Assembly: GCA_964433595.1 (NCBI GenBank)
Contig: CAYSRF010000003.1
Coordinates: 1 to 37,398 of the forward strand
DNA length: 37,398 nucleotides
Direction: 5' to 3'
Source: Candidatus Hadarchaeota archaeon
GTDB lineage: Archaea > Hadarchaeota > Hadarchaeia > Hadarchaeales > Hadarchaeaceae
The number at the start of each line of letters is the position of its first letter. Position 1 is the first letter of the stretch. The position numbers and the translations under genes were made by a program. This document shows positions 18,309 through 28,057 of this stretch, in pieces. The notes under the pieces are model-generated. The model saw only the letters and a program-made list of their open reading frames with translations. It ran no database searches and had not been told where the DNA came from.

Positions 18309-19037
18309 CTACCCTGAGATAGACACCTTGGGCACTCCCGGTATTTCCTCGCCTCCACTCGTGATGTTAAAAATTGGTGCTCCCAGCTCCTTGACGAGCC
18401 ACATCAGCAACTCTTTACAAATCTCGAATTTCATCAGCTTGCGCTCGATGTTTTTGCGGCCCGAGTATTTGCCAATTTTGGAACCTAAGTCCATGCCTGC
18501 CAAGTATATCTTGCTAGCCCTAAACTCGTGTGCCATGAAGGCAGCGCGATCCCCGTCCGTGAATCCCCCGAAGTTGAAGAGCTTGCCGAACGGCTCCACC
18601 TGAGTCGTGCTGATGACTCGCTTCTTCAGATTCGGCAAAATTTTGCGTACCTGTATAATATTATCGCCATGTGCATGAACGACAAGCCATGCGCCTCGAT
18701 TCCAGGCTTTGAACTGATCATCGACGTTGCCATCTAGGTCGGTGACGATGATTTTGGGGTCGCGATACTTGATGACCGCAGAAGTGGCACCATCTGCAGC
18801 AATCAGGACTTTGTCTAGATAGCCAGCTCGCTCCAACTTCTCGAGGTCAATATCGAGCGAAGGTCCTGCACCGAACACGATGCATTCGCGCCCACGAATG
18901 AGATTCATCAGCTCTTGAATGCTCAGGTCGGGTAGGAGGTCGTTGATTACCCTAGCGGCATCCTCATCTGCCTTTTTGTCCAAATTCAGTTGACGCACAG
19001 CCTTCTCATACCAAGGGCGCCAGAGTTCCCAACGCAT
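18309..19037 (-). CDS. mptE: 6-hydroxymethyl-7,8-dihydropterin pyrophosphokinase, archaeal type
   Basis: GAGPSL, AADGAT, VTDLDG, HAHGDN, NFGGFTDGDRA and GMDLG motifs; likely start ATG 19037 (MRWELW). Confidence 0.88.
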   Translation of the reverse strand: MRWELWRPWYEKAVRQLNLDKKADEDAARVINDLLPDLSIQELMNLIRGRECIVFGAGPSLDIDLEKLERAGYLDKVLIAADGATSAVIKYRDPKIIVTDLDGNVDDQFKAWNRGAWLVVHAHGDNIIQVRKILPNLKKRVISTTQVEPFGKLFNFGGFTDGDRAAFMAHEFRASKIYLAGMDLGSKIGKYSGRKNIERKLMKFEICKELLMWLVKELGAPIFNITSGGEEIPGVPKVSISG

Positions 19038-19042
19038 ATGTT

Positions 19043-19432
19043 TCAGCCCACGACTTTCAATGTGATCTCTTTCCCTCGATGGTTGTAAGCTTTCCAAGAA
19101 TGTTCATCGTATGGGAAAGCGGAGATGATGTGTATGTATCCGAACTTCGCGAACAGTGTTAGGTCATCCCCAGAAGGCGAGGCATTTGTAGAGGGGTGAC
19201 TGTGCACCGTGCCGCAGGCGCTCGGGTCGATCGGGAGCATGTGGAGCCTGAGCACTGCTGATTCGTCAGATGAAAGCGTTCCGGGTAGCAGGAGCACCTC
19301 CTTGACCACATCTCCAGCAGCGCGCAACACTCCTGCGAATTCATTAGGGTGACTGGAGCGAGAGGCCCCTAGAATGAACCTCAATGTTTCTCTGTCTATG
19401 CAGGAAATTCGCGTCATCCACTCAGCACTCAC
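19043..19432 (-). CDS. JAB1/MPN/Mov34 (JAMM) metalloprotease
   Basis: PNEF...VHSHPSTNASPSGDD JAMM motif. Confidence 0.88.
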   Translation of the reverse strand: MSAEWMTRISCIDRETLRFILGASRSSHPNEFAGVLRAAGDVVKEVLLLPGTLSSDESAVLRLHMLPIDPSACGTVHSHPSTNASPSGDDLTLFAKFGYIHIISAFPYDEHSWKAYNHRGKEITLKVVG

Positions 19433-21237
19433 AACATGCCATATGCACTTTCATATCCCGCGAGGGCATCCATCCAAGTCTGTTCTTGTTGCTGGTATAT
19501 GTCGTAGGGAACATTTTCAAAGTAACCCCATGTGGCGTCCGCGAACGTCCATCCCGCGTCTGGCAGATATACTTGGGCCCAAGCATGCGACCCAATTGTT
19601 CTCCCATCAGGTATTGTGCCTTTCGTGAAGGGCTCCAAGCCGGCGGGGGGGCTCCACTCACCGGTGATAACGATCCATCCGCCCATTCGCTTCACTGGTA
19701 TCTCAGCCGTTCGGAGCAATGCGAGGTAAGCGTTAGCGTAGTCTCTGCACTGCCCCTTCCTGCCTGTTAGCACTTGTTCAGAGGTTGGCGGGGAGATGAT
19801 AAGCGTGTAAGTGATGTTGACATTGAGCCAATCAGAGAGAGCGTTTGCGTATGCCCTGTTGTCATAATCGGGTTGATAAACATTATCCAGCACTTCGTTC
19901 ACCATTTGGGTACCTGTAATCACATAGTTGTCGGGGAGCAGGAAGTACGCGTAGTTTGCAGGCACCGAGGTGTTTCCCCACGACAGCTGACCTGAAGGTG
20001 AGGGCACCAACATAATCGAGCCCGGCAATGTCCCGCTATCCTCATAGGCGGACAAGATTCTGGTGAAAGTCAACAGAGCGTCTCTAAATCTGATTTGCCC
20101 TCGTGGAGTGGTGATCACGCCGGGCGCTATTCCAGTGGATGCTATATCCCAGCAGACATCATCTGCTAGCATCATATATTCGGCTTGGGATAGCAACCCC
20201 AAAAAGGCCTCTAGATCTCCATCCTCGCTGCTCGGGCCAGTGACAGAAATTGTTGGTGGTTGTGAGGCAGGGCCCGGCAGGGTCAAGCTAACAATGGCAT
20301 CAGCGGTGTAATACAACAATTGGGCGGGGGAGAAGGAATACTCCGACTGTCCGACAAATATCGAATATTGCTCATCAAGCTCGCGTCCATACTTTAAATC
20401 TAGGCGGAGGTGCCCGAGGGAGCTAATGAATGACCAATCGTCCGTCGGGAAAGCGCCGTCATACTCTATTGTTTGAAACTGGATATTTTCAAGCAGTTGT
20501 TCAGCGGTCAGCGTTATCTCATTCTTCGTTGAGAACAGGTCTATGCCGTTTTCAACAATAGCGGGCCTCCCCTCGATTTGTTCGGTGCAAAAAGAGGCTT
20601 CCCCGTAGGATCCGCCACCATAATCGACTATATACGAGGTGTTGATTTGTGGACTAACAACGTTTTCTGCGCCCTCTGGCAAGACGACGATGGTTTTTGT
20701 GTAGAAATAAGAGTGGGCATTTTTAGAGATATTTTGGTATACTATCCAAGAGGAATAAAGGTCGGCGATTATGTCTTGGGCAACGCTCTGATTGTCAACC
20801 CAGTCAAAAGATATTGTCCAATGGTTGTCTCTTCTCCGAGCGATGTCAGGTATTTTCCACGTCATAGTAATTTTGAAGTTCTCTTCTGCAGCGAGTCCAG
20901 TTACCGTGCAAGTAATATTTTCTACATCTAATCCAACTTTAGCCCAGCCGCTCCTTATGGACTCTGAATAAGATTGTTCAATAACACTTGTACCAATCTG
21001 TATAACCGCGAGTTTCAGAGCATCGGCTAATTTTGAGGGTAGCAATTGCGCTGTAAATTGGCACGTAGCATCCCCTTGTTCATCGACATAAACGTATGTT
21101 TCATGGACTTCCTCAAATTTTTCGAAACTCTCGTCCTCTCCTTCCGGCAAACCATACAAATAGAGGAAAGCGATGGACAGGGACGCTATTAGAACGATCA
21201 ATATGGTAGCCAAGATAAATTTCCTATTTAGTGTCAA
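19429..21237 (-). CDS. Membrane-anchored transglutaminase-like protein with putative pseudomurein-binding repeats
   Basis: N-terminal TM helix; central SPAQLLYY and LSQAEY...GIAPG...GQIRFRDALLTFTRIL..Y...GTLP segments; C-terminal Cys-His-Asp triad (GQCRDYA, HAWAQV, ADAT). Confidence 0.75.
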   Translation of the reverse strand: MTLNRKFILATILIVLIASLSIAFLYLYGLPEGEDESFEKFEEVHETYVYVDEQGDATCQFTAQLLPSKLADALKLAVIQIGTSVIEQSYSESIRSGWAKVGLDVENITCTVTGLAAEENFKITMTWKIPDIARRRDNHWTISFDWVDNQSVAQDIIADLYSSWIVYQNISKNAHSYFYTKTIVVLPEGAENVVSPQINTSYIVDYGGGSYGEASFCTEQIEGRPAIVENGIDLFSTKNEITLTAEQLLENIQFQTIEYDGAFPTDDWSFISSLGHLRLDLKYGRELDEQYSIFVGQSEYSFSPAQLLYYTADAIVSLTLPGPASQPPTISVTGPSSEDGDLEAFLGLLSQAEYMMLADDVCWDIASTGIAPGVITTPRGQIRFRDALLTFTRILSAYEDSGTLPGSIMLVPSPSGQLSWGNTSVPANYAYFLLPDNYVITGTQMVNEVLDNVYQPDYDNRAYANALSDWLNVNITYTLIISPPTSEQVLTGRKGQCRDYANAYLALLRTAEIPVKRMGGWIVITGEWSPPAGLEPFTKGTIPDGRTIGSHAWAQVYLPDAGWTFADATWGYFENVPYDIYQQQEQTWMDALAGYESAYGML

Positions 21238-21238
21238 C

Positions 21239-22264
21239 TTATTGCCTTCCGCCAGAATTATTTTTCAAATCGTTTCTAACTTTTCGGGTTGCCTCAACCA
21301 TAGCTTTGAGCTTATTCACAGCTTCTTCTTGTGTCCGCGTCTTAAGCCCACAGTCAGGGTCGATCCAGAGCTGCTTGGGTTTCAAAACCTCAAGGGCCCG
21401 CCGAATGCGCTGCTCCACCGTTGCTGTGTTTTCAACTACATGCGAATGTACGTCTACCACACCGAAAGAGAGATCTTTGTTGAAGGAGTGTTTGTGGAAT
21501 AGCTCAACCAAGTCGAGATCTGAGTTCGACATCTCAAGGTCGAAGTTGTCAACAGGAAGTTCCAGCATCTCTGGGTAGATGAACTCAAATGCTCCATAGC
21601 AGATGTGGTTGATGAAATAGGCATCAACACCTTTTGTGACCACCTGCATCGCTTCAATCGCGAACTCCGGTAGCTCCTCTGGGCGGGCCGAGATCGCTGG
21701 CTCATCAACCTGGATTATCTTCGCTCCTGCCTTCGCCAGTGCTTTGACCTCCTCGTGTAAAGCTTTCGCCAGCGCCAAGCAGGCTTCTCGGCGACTTGGG
21801 TAGTACTCGTTGAACGACCAGTCCATCATCGTGTAAGGCCCAGTGACCATTCCCTTGACAGGTTTGCTTGTCAGTCCTTGGGTAAATCGCCACCAATCCA
21901 CGGTGATCGGCTCCCGCCACTTTACCTCGCCCGTGATGATCGGTTTTCGGTAGTAGCGGTTGCCATAGCTCCTAACGAGCCCGCTTATCTTGAAGCCATC
22001 TAAGTTGTTCGCGAAGTACGTTGCCATGTCGCCTCGGTACATCTCCCCGTCAACCAGCACGTCCAATCCTACCTTTTCCTGGAGCTCCATCCACTCGCGC
22101 GTGGCCCGCTCTTCAAGCTTTTTGAGTTCTTCAGCGGTTAATTTCTTGGCAGCGAATTTTCGTCTGGCCTCGAGTAAATAAGGTGGCTTAGGGAAACTCC
22201 CAACGGTCGTGGTCGGCAAGAGAGGCAGCTTCAGGCCAAGACGTTCCAACTTCTCTCGCATCAT
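21239..22264 (-). CDS. metE: Cobalamin-independent methionine synthase, catalytic (C-terminal) half of split MetE
   Basis: TTVGSFPKP, DGEMYR, VTGPYT, IQVDEPA and Zn ligands HICYG / E / PDCGLK; ATG 22264 overlaps the upstream stop. Confidence 0.88.
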   Translation of the reverse strand: MMREKLERLGLKLPLLPTTTVGSFPKPPYLLEARRKFAAKKLTAEELKKLEERATREWMELQEKVGLDVLVDGEMYRGDMATYFANNLDGFKISGLVRSYGNRYYRKPIITGEVKWREPITVDWWRFTQGLTSKPVKGMVTGPYTMMDWSFNEYYPSRREACLALAKALHEEVKALAKAGAKIIQVDEPAISARPEELPEFAIEAMQVVTKGVDAYFINHICYGAFEFIYPEMLELPVDNFDLEMSNSDLDLVELFHKHSFNKDLSFGVVDVHSHVVENTATVEQRIRRALEVLKPKQLWIDPDCGLKTRTQEEAVNKLKAMVEATRKVRNDLKNNSGGRQ

Positions 22265-23241
22265 ATCAGCTTCCTTGCTTTTTCGGCAATTGACACCATG
22301 TTTTGAAGTTTCTTGAAGGCGATCACCCGGGGCAAGTAGTCCCCCAACCCGCATGAAGGATTGAGATAAACACGCTCACTTTTGACGGCTGGCAGAATTA
22401 ACTTCAGAACATCTATTACTTCATTTTCTCTCTCAAGTCTAGTGTTCCGTCCGTCGATGAGCCCCACCCCAAGTTCCTTTTCGCAGCCAAAACTGGCAAT
22501 CGCTTCAGGCAGCTTCGGGCTGTATGTACAGTCGAGGCCGAGCACGTCCACCGGGAGTTTAAGGAGTTTTTGATAAAGGGGCACCACATCACCAAAATAC
22601 GTGTAGAGAGCAACTCTTGATTTTCCTTTTTCAGCCACGACTTTCTGGACAGCTTTTTCGAAAACTTGGAAATCGGCCGGGTTTTTCAGGATAGCGGGTT
22701 CATCAATCTGGATGAGTTCGGCCCCTGCCTCAGCGAGTTCTCGAACTTCTTGAGAGATCACCGAAGCGAATTCATCCACGAGCGGCTGGAACCCATCGCC
22801 GCGACGGTTGATAGACAGCCTCGCAAGTGTATATGGTCCTGTCACCACGGGCTTCACGGATTTTGAAATCCCTCTTGCGAAAGTAAATTCACGTTTTAAA
22901 ATAGATTCACGCCTCACAAGCTTACCCCTGATGACCGGCTGACGGAAGTAAAAGTTCGTGTCGAAAAACCTGAGTAAACCGTTGATCTCGCACCCATCGA
23001 GCTTGCGGGCGAAGTGAGAGATTGGGTCGTGCCACCGTACCTGCCCGTCGGTCACCACATCGAGCCCAGCTTGCACTTGCTCTTCGATAACCTCCCGCGT
23101 CACCTCATCTTGAATGCGCTCGAACTCCCCGCTCGAGATCTCGCCCCGCTCCAACTGCGCGTAGGCTTGGCGATGCCGTTGGTGTTCAGGGCGGTCGCCT
23201 ATTCGGGGATAACTCCCTGTGCTTGTGGTGAGCAATTCCAT
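22261..23241 (-). CDS. MetE N-terminal-half-like protein (split MetE partner)
   Basis: GSYPR, TDGQVRW, RFFDTNFYFRQP, TGPYTLA, IQIDEP and GLIDGRNTRLE motifs; lacks the HxC zinc motif (YTYFG). Confidence 0.85.
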   Translation of the reverse strand: MELLTTSTGSYPRIGDRPEHQRHRQAYAQLERGEISSGEFERIQDEVTREVIEEQVQAGLDVVTDGQVRWHDPISHFARKLDGCEINGLLRFFDTNFYFRQPVIRGKLVRRESILKREFTFARGISKSVKPVVTGPYTLARLSINRRGDGFQPLVDEFASVISQEVRELAEAGAELIQIDEPAILKNPADFQVFEKAVQKVVAEKGKSRVALYTYFGDVVPLYQKLLKLPVDVLGLDCTYSPKLPEAIASFGCEKELGVGLIDGRNTRLERENEVIDVLKLILPAVKSERVYLNPSCGLGDYLPRVIAFKKLQNMVSIAEKARKLI

Positions 23242-23347
23242 TTGATCCCATGCGATATTTGTTCGAAAGTTAAATATGTCTCACTCCCATCGCTCTAAGT
23301 TCCTGTGTGTCATAGATAATTTTTTAATGGCATGATGTCCTGTCTAA

Positions 23348-23968
23348 GTGGGATTAAAGTTGAAAGTTGGTAGAAAATTTGTCCCCCATCCGAACTTGAA
23401 AAGAGTCTACTACACTTACCTTGCTATTTTAGCGATTCCGTTGCTCATCGGGACTCTGCTACCGATCTGGTCCGTATACACTTTTGCTCCGGATGCGTGG
23501 CAAGTAGGTTGGGCTTACCTTTTCATACCGCTAATCGTAGTGCTAGTGATTTTGAGTTTCATAGCTTACTGGATTTCAAAGTATTACGGCTCGATTTCCT
23601 ATGCGCTCAAAGAAGATGAGGTAATGGTGGAGCGAGGAGTATGGTGGAAGATGAGGCATGTTGTTCCGTATGCGCGCGTGATGTCGGTCGATATCGTCCA
23701 AGGACCGATTTCTAGGCGCTTTGGTGTTGGCTCCGTGCAGGTGCATACAGCCGGCTATACCGGCAGGAGGGGCGGAACTGCGGGCCCCGGCGCTAGGGGT
23801 GCCGAGGCAGCCATCTGGGGCGTGCCCAATTTTGTGGAGATAAGGGATGCAATAATCGGGCTCGTGAGGGGAAGACCCCTTTTTGGAATGCCTAGGGTTG
23901 CGGCTCCTGACATAGGCTCGGAGATGCTGAAAGAGCTGAAGAAGATAAGAAAAGCTGTTGAGAAGTAA
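23348..23968 (+). CDS. Membrane protein with bacterial PH domain (bPH_2, YdbS-like)
   Basis: Two TM helices followed by RGVWW...VPYARVMSVDIVQGPISRRFGVGSVQVHTAG. Confidence 0.8.
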   Translation: MGLKLKVGRKFVPHPNLKRVYYTYLAILAIPLLIGTLLPIWSVYTFAPDAWQVGWAYLFIPLIVVLVILSFIAYWISKYYGSISYALKEDEVMVERGVWWKMRHVVPYARVMSVDIVQGPISRRFGVGSVQVHTAGYTGRRGGTAGPGARGAEAAIWGVPNFVEIRDAIIGLVRGRPLFGMPRVAAPDIGSEMLKELKKIRKAVEK

Positions 23969-23983
23969 TTCGGAGGGGCGACG

Positions 23984-24907
23984 ATGGGGGAAGGCAGCGG
24001 ATATGGAAAGGTAATCATGTTTAACGAACATTTTGTCGTCTATAATGTGCCCTCAATCGTCTCTGCAATTGATAAAGCGACAACCGCCACTGTTGAGCGT
24101 TCAGGGGAATCGGGCTGGACCTTGGACGATTGCAGACTAGCCACTCCCGGTTACAAGGAGGAAAAATTCGAACAGCAAAAGGAATCGATCGAACGAATAC
24201 TAAAAGCCGCGGGGATTGATTCCTCAGAAAACATCAAAATCACACTTGGCGGAGATTTGGTCGCGGCTAGTGGGATAGGGGCGAGCGCGGCCTCCTGCAC
24301 CGCAATCGCTCGAGCGTTGTCAGACGAGTTCAACTTGGGGCTCTCAGATGAGCGGATAAATGAGCTAGCCTACGAGGGCGAGAAGGGATATCATGGAACC
24401 CCCTCGGGAATTGACAATACCGCGGCGACCTATGGGGGATTGATCTGGTTTGTGCGGGGGGAGCCGAATGTGATGGAGAGGATAAAAATCAAGCTTCCAG
24501 TCGAGGTGGTGATGGGAAACACAGGGCTAGTCGCCAACACAAAAGCGGCGGTCGCGGGGGTTCGCGAGCGGAAGGAAAAATATCCGGAAAAATATGGTAA
24601 GATATTTAAAGAGACGGAGGGGTTGGCATACAAAGCTCGAAAAGCACTTGAGAGTTATGATTTGGAGACGGTTGGGAAATGCATGGATGAAAATCATAAG
24701 CAGCTGCAAGCGATCGAGATCTCGTGCAAGGAGCTCGACTTTTTGGTTGATTTGGCGCGGAAGCAAGGCGCCTTCGGGGCAAAAATGACCGGAGGGGGCC
24801 TCGGGGGAAACATGGTCGCGCTTACTCCGGGAAAAGAGTTACAGGAGAAGGTAGCGCGAGCGATGGAAAAGAAGGGCTTCGAGGCCCTGAGGACGAGGAT
24901 AGGGTGA
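23984..24907 (+). CDS. mvk: Mevalonate kinase
   Basis: GKVIMFNEHFVVY, ASGIGASAA (GHMP motif), HGTPSGID and GAKMTGGGLGG; precedes mevalonate-pathway genes. Confidence 0.9.
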   Translation: MGEGSGYGKVIMFNEHFVVYNVPSIVSAIDKATTATVERSGESGWTLDDCRLATPGYKEEKFEQQKESIERILKAAGIDSSENIKITLGGDLVAASGIGASAASCTAIARALSDEFNLGLSDERINELAYEGEKGYHGTPSGIDNTAATYGGLIWFVRGEPNVMERIKIKLPVEVVMGNTGLVANTKAAVAGVRERKEKYPEKYGKIFKETEGLAYKARKALESYDLETVGKCMDENHKQLQAIEISCKELDFLVDLARKQGAFGAKMTGGGLGGNMVALTPGKELQEKVARAMEKKGFEALRTRIG

Positions 24908-24911
24908 TTTC

Positions 24912-26186
24912 GTGAACTTGCGGGAGTTCATCGATATTTTAGATGGGAAGGGGCTTTTGGTGAAAATTGAGAAGCTTGTAGACACCAAATACGAGATGGC
25001 AACTGTAATGAAGATGCTTGATGGGAAACCGATCCTTTTCAAACAGGCCAAAGGATTCTCGATGCCCGTGGTGGCGAACATCTGCTCCTCAAGGGAGTTG
25101 ATCACACTGGGATTGGGCATCAAGGAGAACGAAATTATAAGTAAGCTGACGGAAGCCGTTGATCACCCGAAAGAGCCGAAGGTTGTAAAGGCGGAGGGTT
25201 ACAAAGAGGTCGAGGTAGATCTCACGAAGCTCCCGATCCTGACTCACTACGCTTTGGACGGGGGACCATACATATCTTCAGGCGTCGTCGTGGTGAACGA
25301 CCCCGAACTCGGTCTCAACGCCTCATATCACCGGATGATGGTCATAGAAAAGGACAAGCTCGTAATTCGAATACTCCCACGACACTTCGACGAATTCCTG
25401 AAACGCGGGGACCGAGAGTTCGCTATTTGCATAGGAAATTCCATGCCGGTTCTGGTAGCCTCCGCGGTCTCGGCAGAGCTCGGAAAGAGCGAGCTAAGCA
25501 TCGCGAATGCTCTAGCGGAAACGAATATAATTGAGCTAGCAGGCCATAAGGTTCCTGAGTCTGAAATAATCATTATTGCCGAGATGACGGGCGAGGAGCA
25601 CGATGAGGGGCCTTTCCTTGACCTGACCGAGACCCCCGACATCGTGCGCAAGCAGCGGGTGGCGCGGATCAAGCAAATATTCACGAAAGAGAACCCACTC
25701 TACCACGCGCTGCTTCCCGGGGGCCTTGAGCACAAGTCCCTGATGGGTATGCCACGCGAGCCGACGATATTCAGGGAGGTCAATAAAGTCTGCGAGTGCA
25801 AGGATGTCTTGATAACCCCTGGGGGCTGCTCTTGGTTGCACGCGGTCGCGAGCATAAGGAAGAAAAATCCGGATGACGGGAAGAAGGCGATAGAAGCAGC
25901 TTTTCGCGGACACAAATCGCTGAAGCACGTGTGGGTGGTGGACGAGGACATCAACATCCACAATCCGAACGAAATAGAGTGGGCGATGGCCACACGGTTC
26001 CAAGGTGATCGAGATATCGTCACTAAAAAGGAGAAAGGATCCTCCCTCGATCCCTCTTCAGAACTTGAAACGCGCATGACGACCAAGATGGGCTTCGACC
26101 TGACCATACCCGCGGGGAGAGACCCGAAGGATTTCAAGAAGCCGGAACTTCCTCTAAAATTAGATGTTAAGGATTACTTGACGTGA
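24912..26186 (+). CDS. UbiD family decarboxylase, probable trans-anhydromevalonate 5-phosphate decarboxylase
   Basis: DGGPYISSG, NASYHR, EGPFLD, GGCSWLH and VDEDINIH...WAMATR motifs; sits between mvk and AcnX genes. Confidence 0.88.
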   Translation: MNLREFIDILDGKGLLVKIEKLVDTKYEMATVMKMLDGKPILFKQAKGFSMPVVANICSSRELITLGLGIKENEIISKLTEAVDHPKEPKVVKAEGYKEVEVDLTKLPILTHYALDGGPYISSGVVVVNDPELGLNASYHRMMVIEKDKLVIRILPRHFDEFLKRGDREFAICIGNSMPVLVASAVSAELGKSELSIANALAETNIIELAGHKVPESEIIIIAEMTGEEHDEGPFLDLTETPDIVRKQRVARIKQIFTKENPLYHALLPGGLEHKSLMGMPREPTIFREVNKVCECKDVLITPGGCSWLHAVASIRKKNPDDGKKAIEAAFRGHKSLKHVWVVDEDINIHNPNEIEWAMATRFQGDRDIVTKKEKGSSLDPSSELETRMTTKMGFDLTIPAGRDPKDFKKPELPLKLDVKDYLT

Positions 26187-26190
26187 TCGC

Positions 26191-27378
26191 GTGAACCTGA
26201 CAAAAGAACAGGAAAGGATGCTGAGCGGGGAACACGGGGAAGTCATCGAGCGAATGTTCAGGCTTCTCGTGCGCTTGGGCGACATCTACGGCGCTGACCG
26301 CATGATTCCCGTGGGGTCAGTCCAAGTCGCGGGTGTTTCCTACAAGTCGATAGGCGACCCTGGACTGGAATTTCTTGAAGATATCGCGAGGAAGGGGGCT
26401 AAGGTTCAGGTGCCGACAACCCTGAACCCGCCCGGCATGGACTTGGTGAACTGGAAGGAGTTGGGTTTCCCAGAAGATTTTGCAAAAAAGCAATTGAAGA
26501 TAATGGATGCTTTTCGGAAGATGGGGATAATGATGACCGCTACTTGCACTCCATACTTGGTTGGCAACCTGCCGCGCTTCGGGGAGCACATCGCATGGTC
26601 TGAGTCATCCGCTGTTTCCTTCGCTAACTCGGTGATAGGGGCACGCACTAACCGCGAGGGTGGACCATCTGCACTTGCGGCGGCGCTCTGTGGGGTGACG
26701 CCAAACTATGGGTTGCATTTGGATGAAAAACGGAAACCGACCGTTGTTGTTAAAGTCAACGCCGAGCTCAACGACAACTCGGATTTCGGCGCCTTGGGCT
26801 ACCACGTCGGGAAGCTCGTCAAGAAAGGAATCCCGTATTTCAAGGGGATCAAGGACGCAGATGTCGACCGACTAAAGGCGCTAGGGGCCGCGATGGCAGC
26901 GTCGGGTGCGGTCGCTCTGTATCATGTAGAGGGGTTGACACCTGAGGCTGGTTTCATGGACACAAAGGGGCTCGAAACTATAGAAGTGGGAGAAAAGGAA
27001 CTGAAGGAAACCTACAAGACACTCAACACTGGGAAGGATCCAGATATCGTGATTCTTGGCTGTCCCCATGCCTCGCTGAAGGAGATCGCGACGCTCGCCT
27101 GCAAGCTTGAGGGGAAACGCCTCCGAAAACCGCTCTGGATCTGCACCTCGCGCGTTACCAAGGAGGCCGTGACTCGCATGGGCTTCACCGAAATTATAGA
27201 AAAAGCCGGGGGGGAGGTGGTGGCCGACACCTGTACCGTGGTCTCCCCCATCGAACGCATGGGGTTTAAGACCACGGGTGTCAATTCTGGGAAAGCGGCG
27301 AACTACCTTCCTGGGTTCTGCAAGCAACAGGTCGTGTTTAAGAGCATCGACGATTTGCTGGAGGGACAAACTGCATGA
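26191..27378 (+). CDS. Aconitase X catalytic subunit, probable phosphomevalonate dehydratase large subunit
   Basis: GVSYKSIGD, TCTPY, WSESSA, GARTNREGGP, GCPHAS, DTC and NSGKAANY motifs. Confidence 0.9.
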   Translation: MNLTKEQERMLSGEHGEVIERMFRLLVRLGDIYGADRMIPVGSVQVAGVSYKSIGDPGLEFLEDIARKGAKVQVPTTLNPPGMDLVNWKELGFPEDFAKKQLKIMDAFRKMGIMMTATCTPYLVGNLPRFGEHIAWSESSAVSFANSVIGARTNREGGPSALAAALCGVTPNYGLHLDEKRKPTVVVKVNAELNDNSDFGALGYHVGKLVKKGIPYFKGIKDADVDRLKALGAAMAASGAVALYHVEGLTPEAGFMDTKGLETIEVGEKELKETYKTLNTGKDPDIVILGCPHASLKEIATLACKLEGKRLRKPLWICTSRVTKEAVTRMGFTEIIEKAGGEVVADTCTVVSPIERMGFKTTGVNSGKAANYLPGFCKQQVVFKSIDDLLEGQTA

Positions 27379-27758
27379 AGGGTCGGACGATTAGCCCAGG
27401 GAAGGCTCGAGGCGAGGCTATAGTTTCGAAGGAGCCGATAGGTTTCTACGGCGGGATAGACCCGAAAACTGGCGTGGTCATCGAGAAAGGACACGAGCTC
27501 GAGGGCAAATCTGTGAAGGATAAAATCTTGGTATTTCCTCAGGGAAAGGGCTCCACGGTCGGTTCATACGTTATTTATGGTATGAAAAAGAATGAGGTGG
27601 CGCCAGCCGCGATAGTTAACAAGGATACGGAAACGATTGTGGCGACGGGGGTCATCCTAGCGGGGATACCTTGCGTCGATGGAATTGACATCGACAAAAT
27701 CAAGACTGGGGATAAGTTGAAAATCGATGCGGACGAGGCGACGGTTGAAGTTGAGTAA
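27375..27758 (+). CDS. Aconitase X swivel subunit (DUF126), probable phosphomevalonate dehydratase small subunit
   Basis: GGIDPKTG and GKGSTVGSY motifs; ATGA-coupled to the large subunit. Confidence 0.9.
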   Translation: MKGRTISPGKARGEAIVSKEPIGFYGGIDPKTGVVIEKGHELEGKSVKDKILVFPQGKGSTVGSYVIYGMKKNEVAPAAIVNKDTETIVATGVILAGIPCVDGIDIDKIKTGDKLKIDADEATVEVE

Positions 27759-27759
27759 A

Positions 27760-27996
27760 ATGACCGGACCAGCTAAAAGTAAAATTGAAATCAAGGCAAA
27801 AATTTACATCCACAAGCGTGACCCACTCACACGTTCTAAAATCCCTCACATTGACATCGAATCGCCGATACTGAACGAGATCATCAAGCCGAACGAGGCA
27901 ACATTTGTCAGTGGCAAGCATGGAGGCGTGTTCATCGGGCTGAAGCGGGAGATGTTGGCGCGGCTTGATAAAGTTCTGAAGGAGTTAGAAAGGTAG
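27760..27996 (+). CDS. Small hypothetical protein (78 aa), last gene of the mevalonate operon
   Basis: ATG 1 nt after the DUF126 stop; MTGPAKSKIEIKAKIYIHKRDP...; followed by a terminator-like hairpin. Confidence 0.65.
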   Translation: MTGPAKSKIEIKAKIYIHKRDPLTRSKIPHIDIESPILNEIIKPNEATFVSGKHGGVFIGLKREMLARLDKVLKELER

Positions 27997-28030
27997 GTTG
28001 GGGAGTTGCTTTAATTTCCCCAACCTTTTT
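27995..28030 (+). terminator. Hairpin + oligo-T terminator after mevalonate operon
   Basis: AGGTTGGGGA ... TCCCCAACCT perfect 10-bp inverted repeat followed by a T run. Confidence 0.6.
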
Positions 28031-28057
28031 GACTTCAGAGTCCATCCGAGATAAAAA

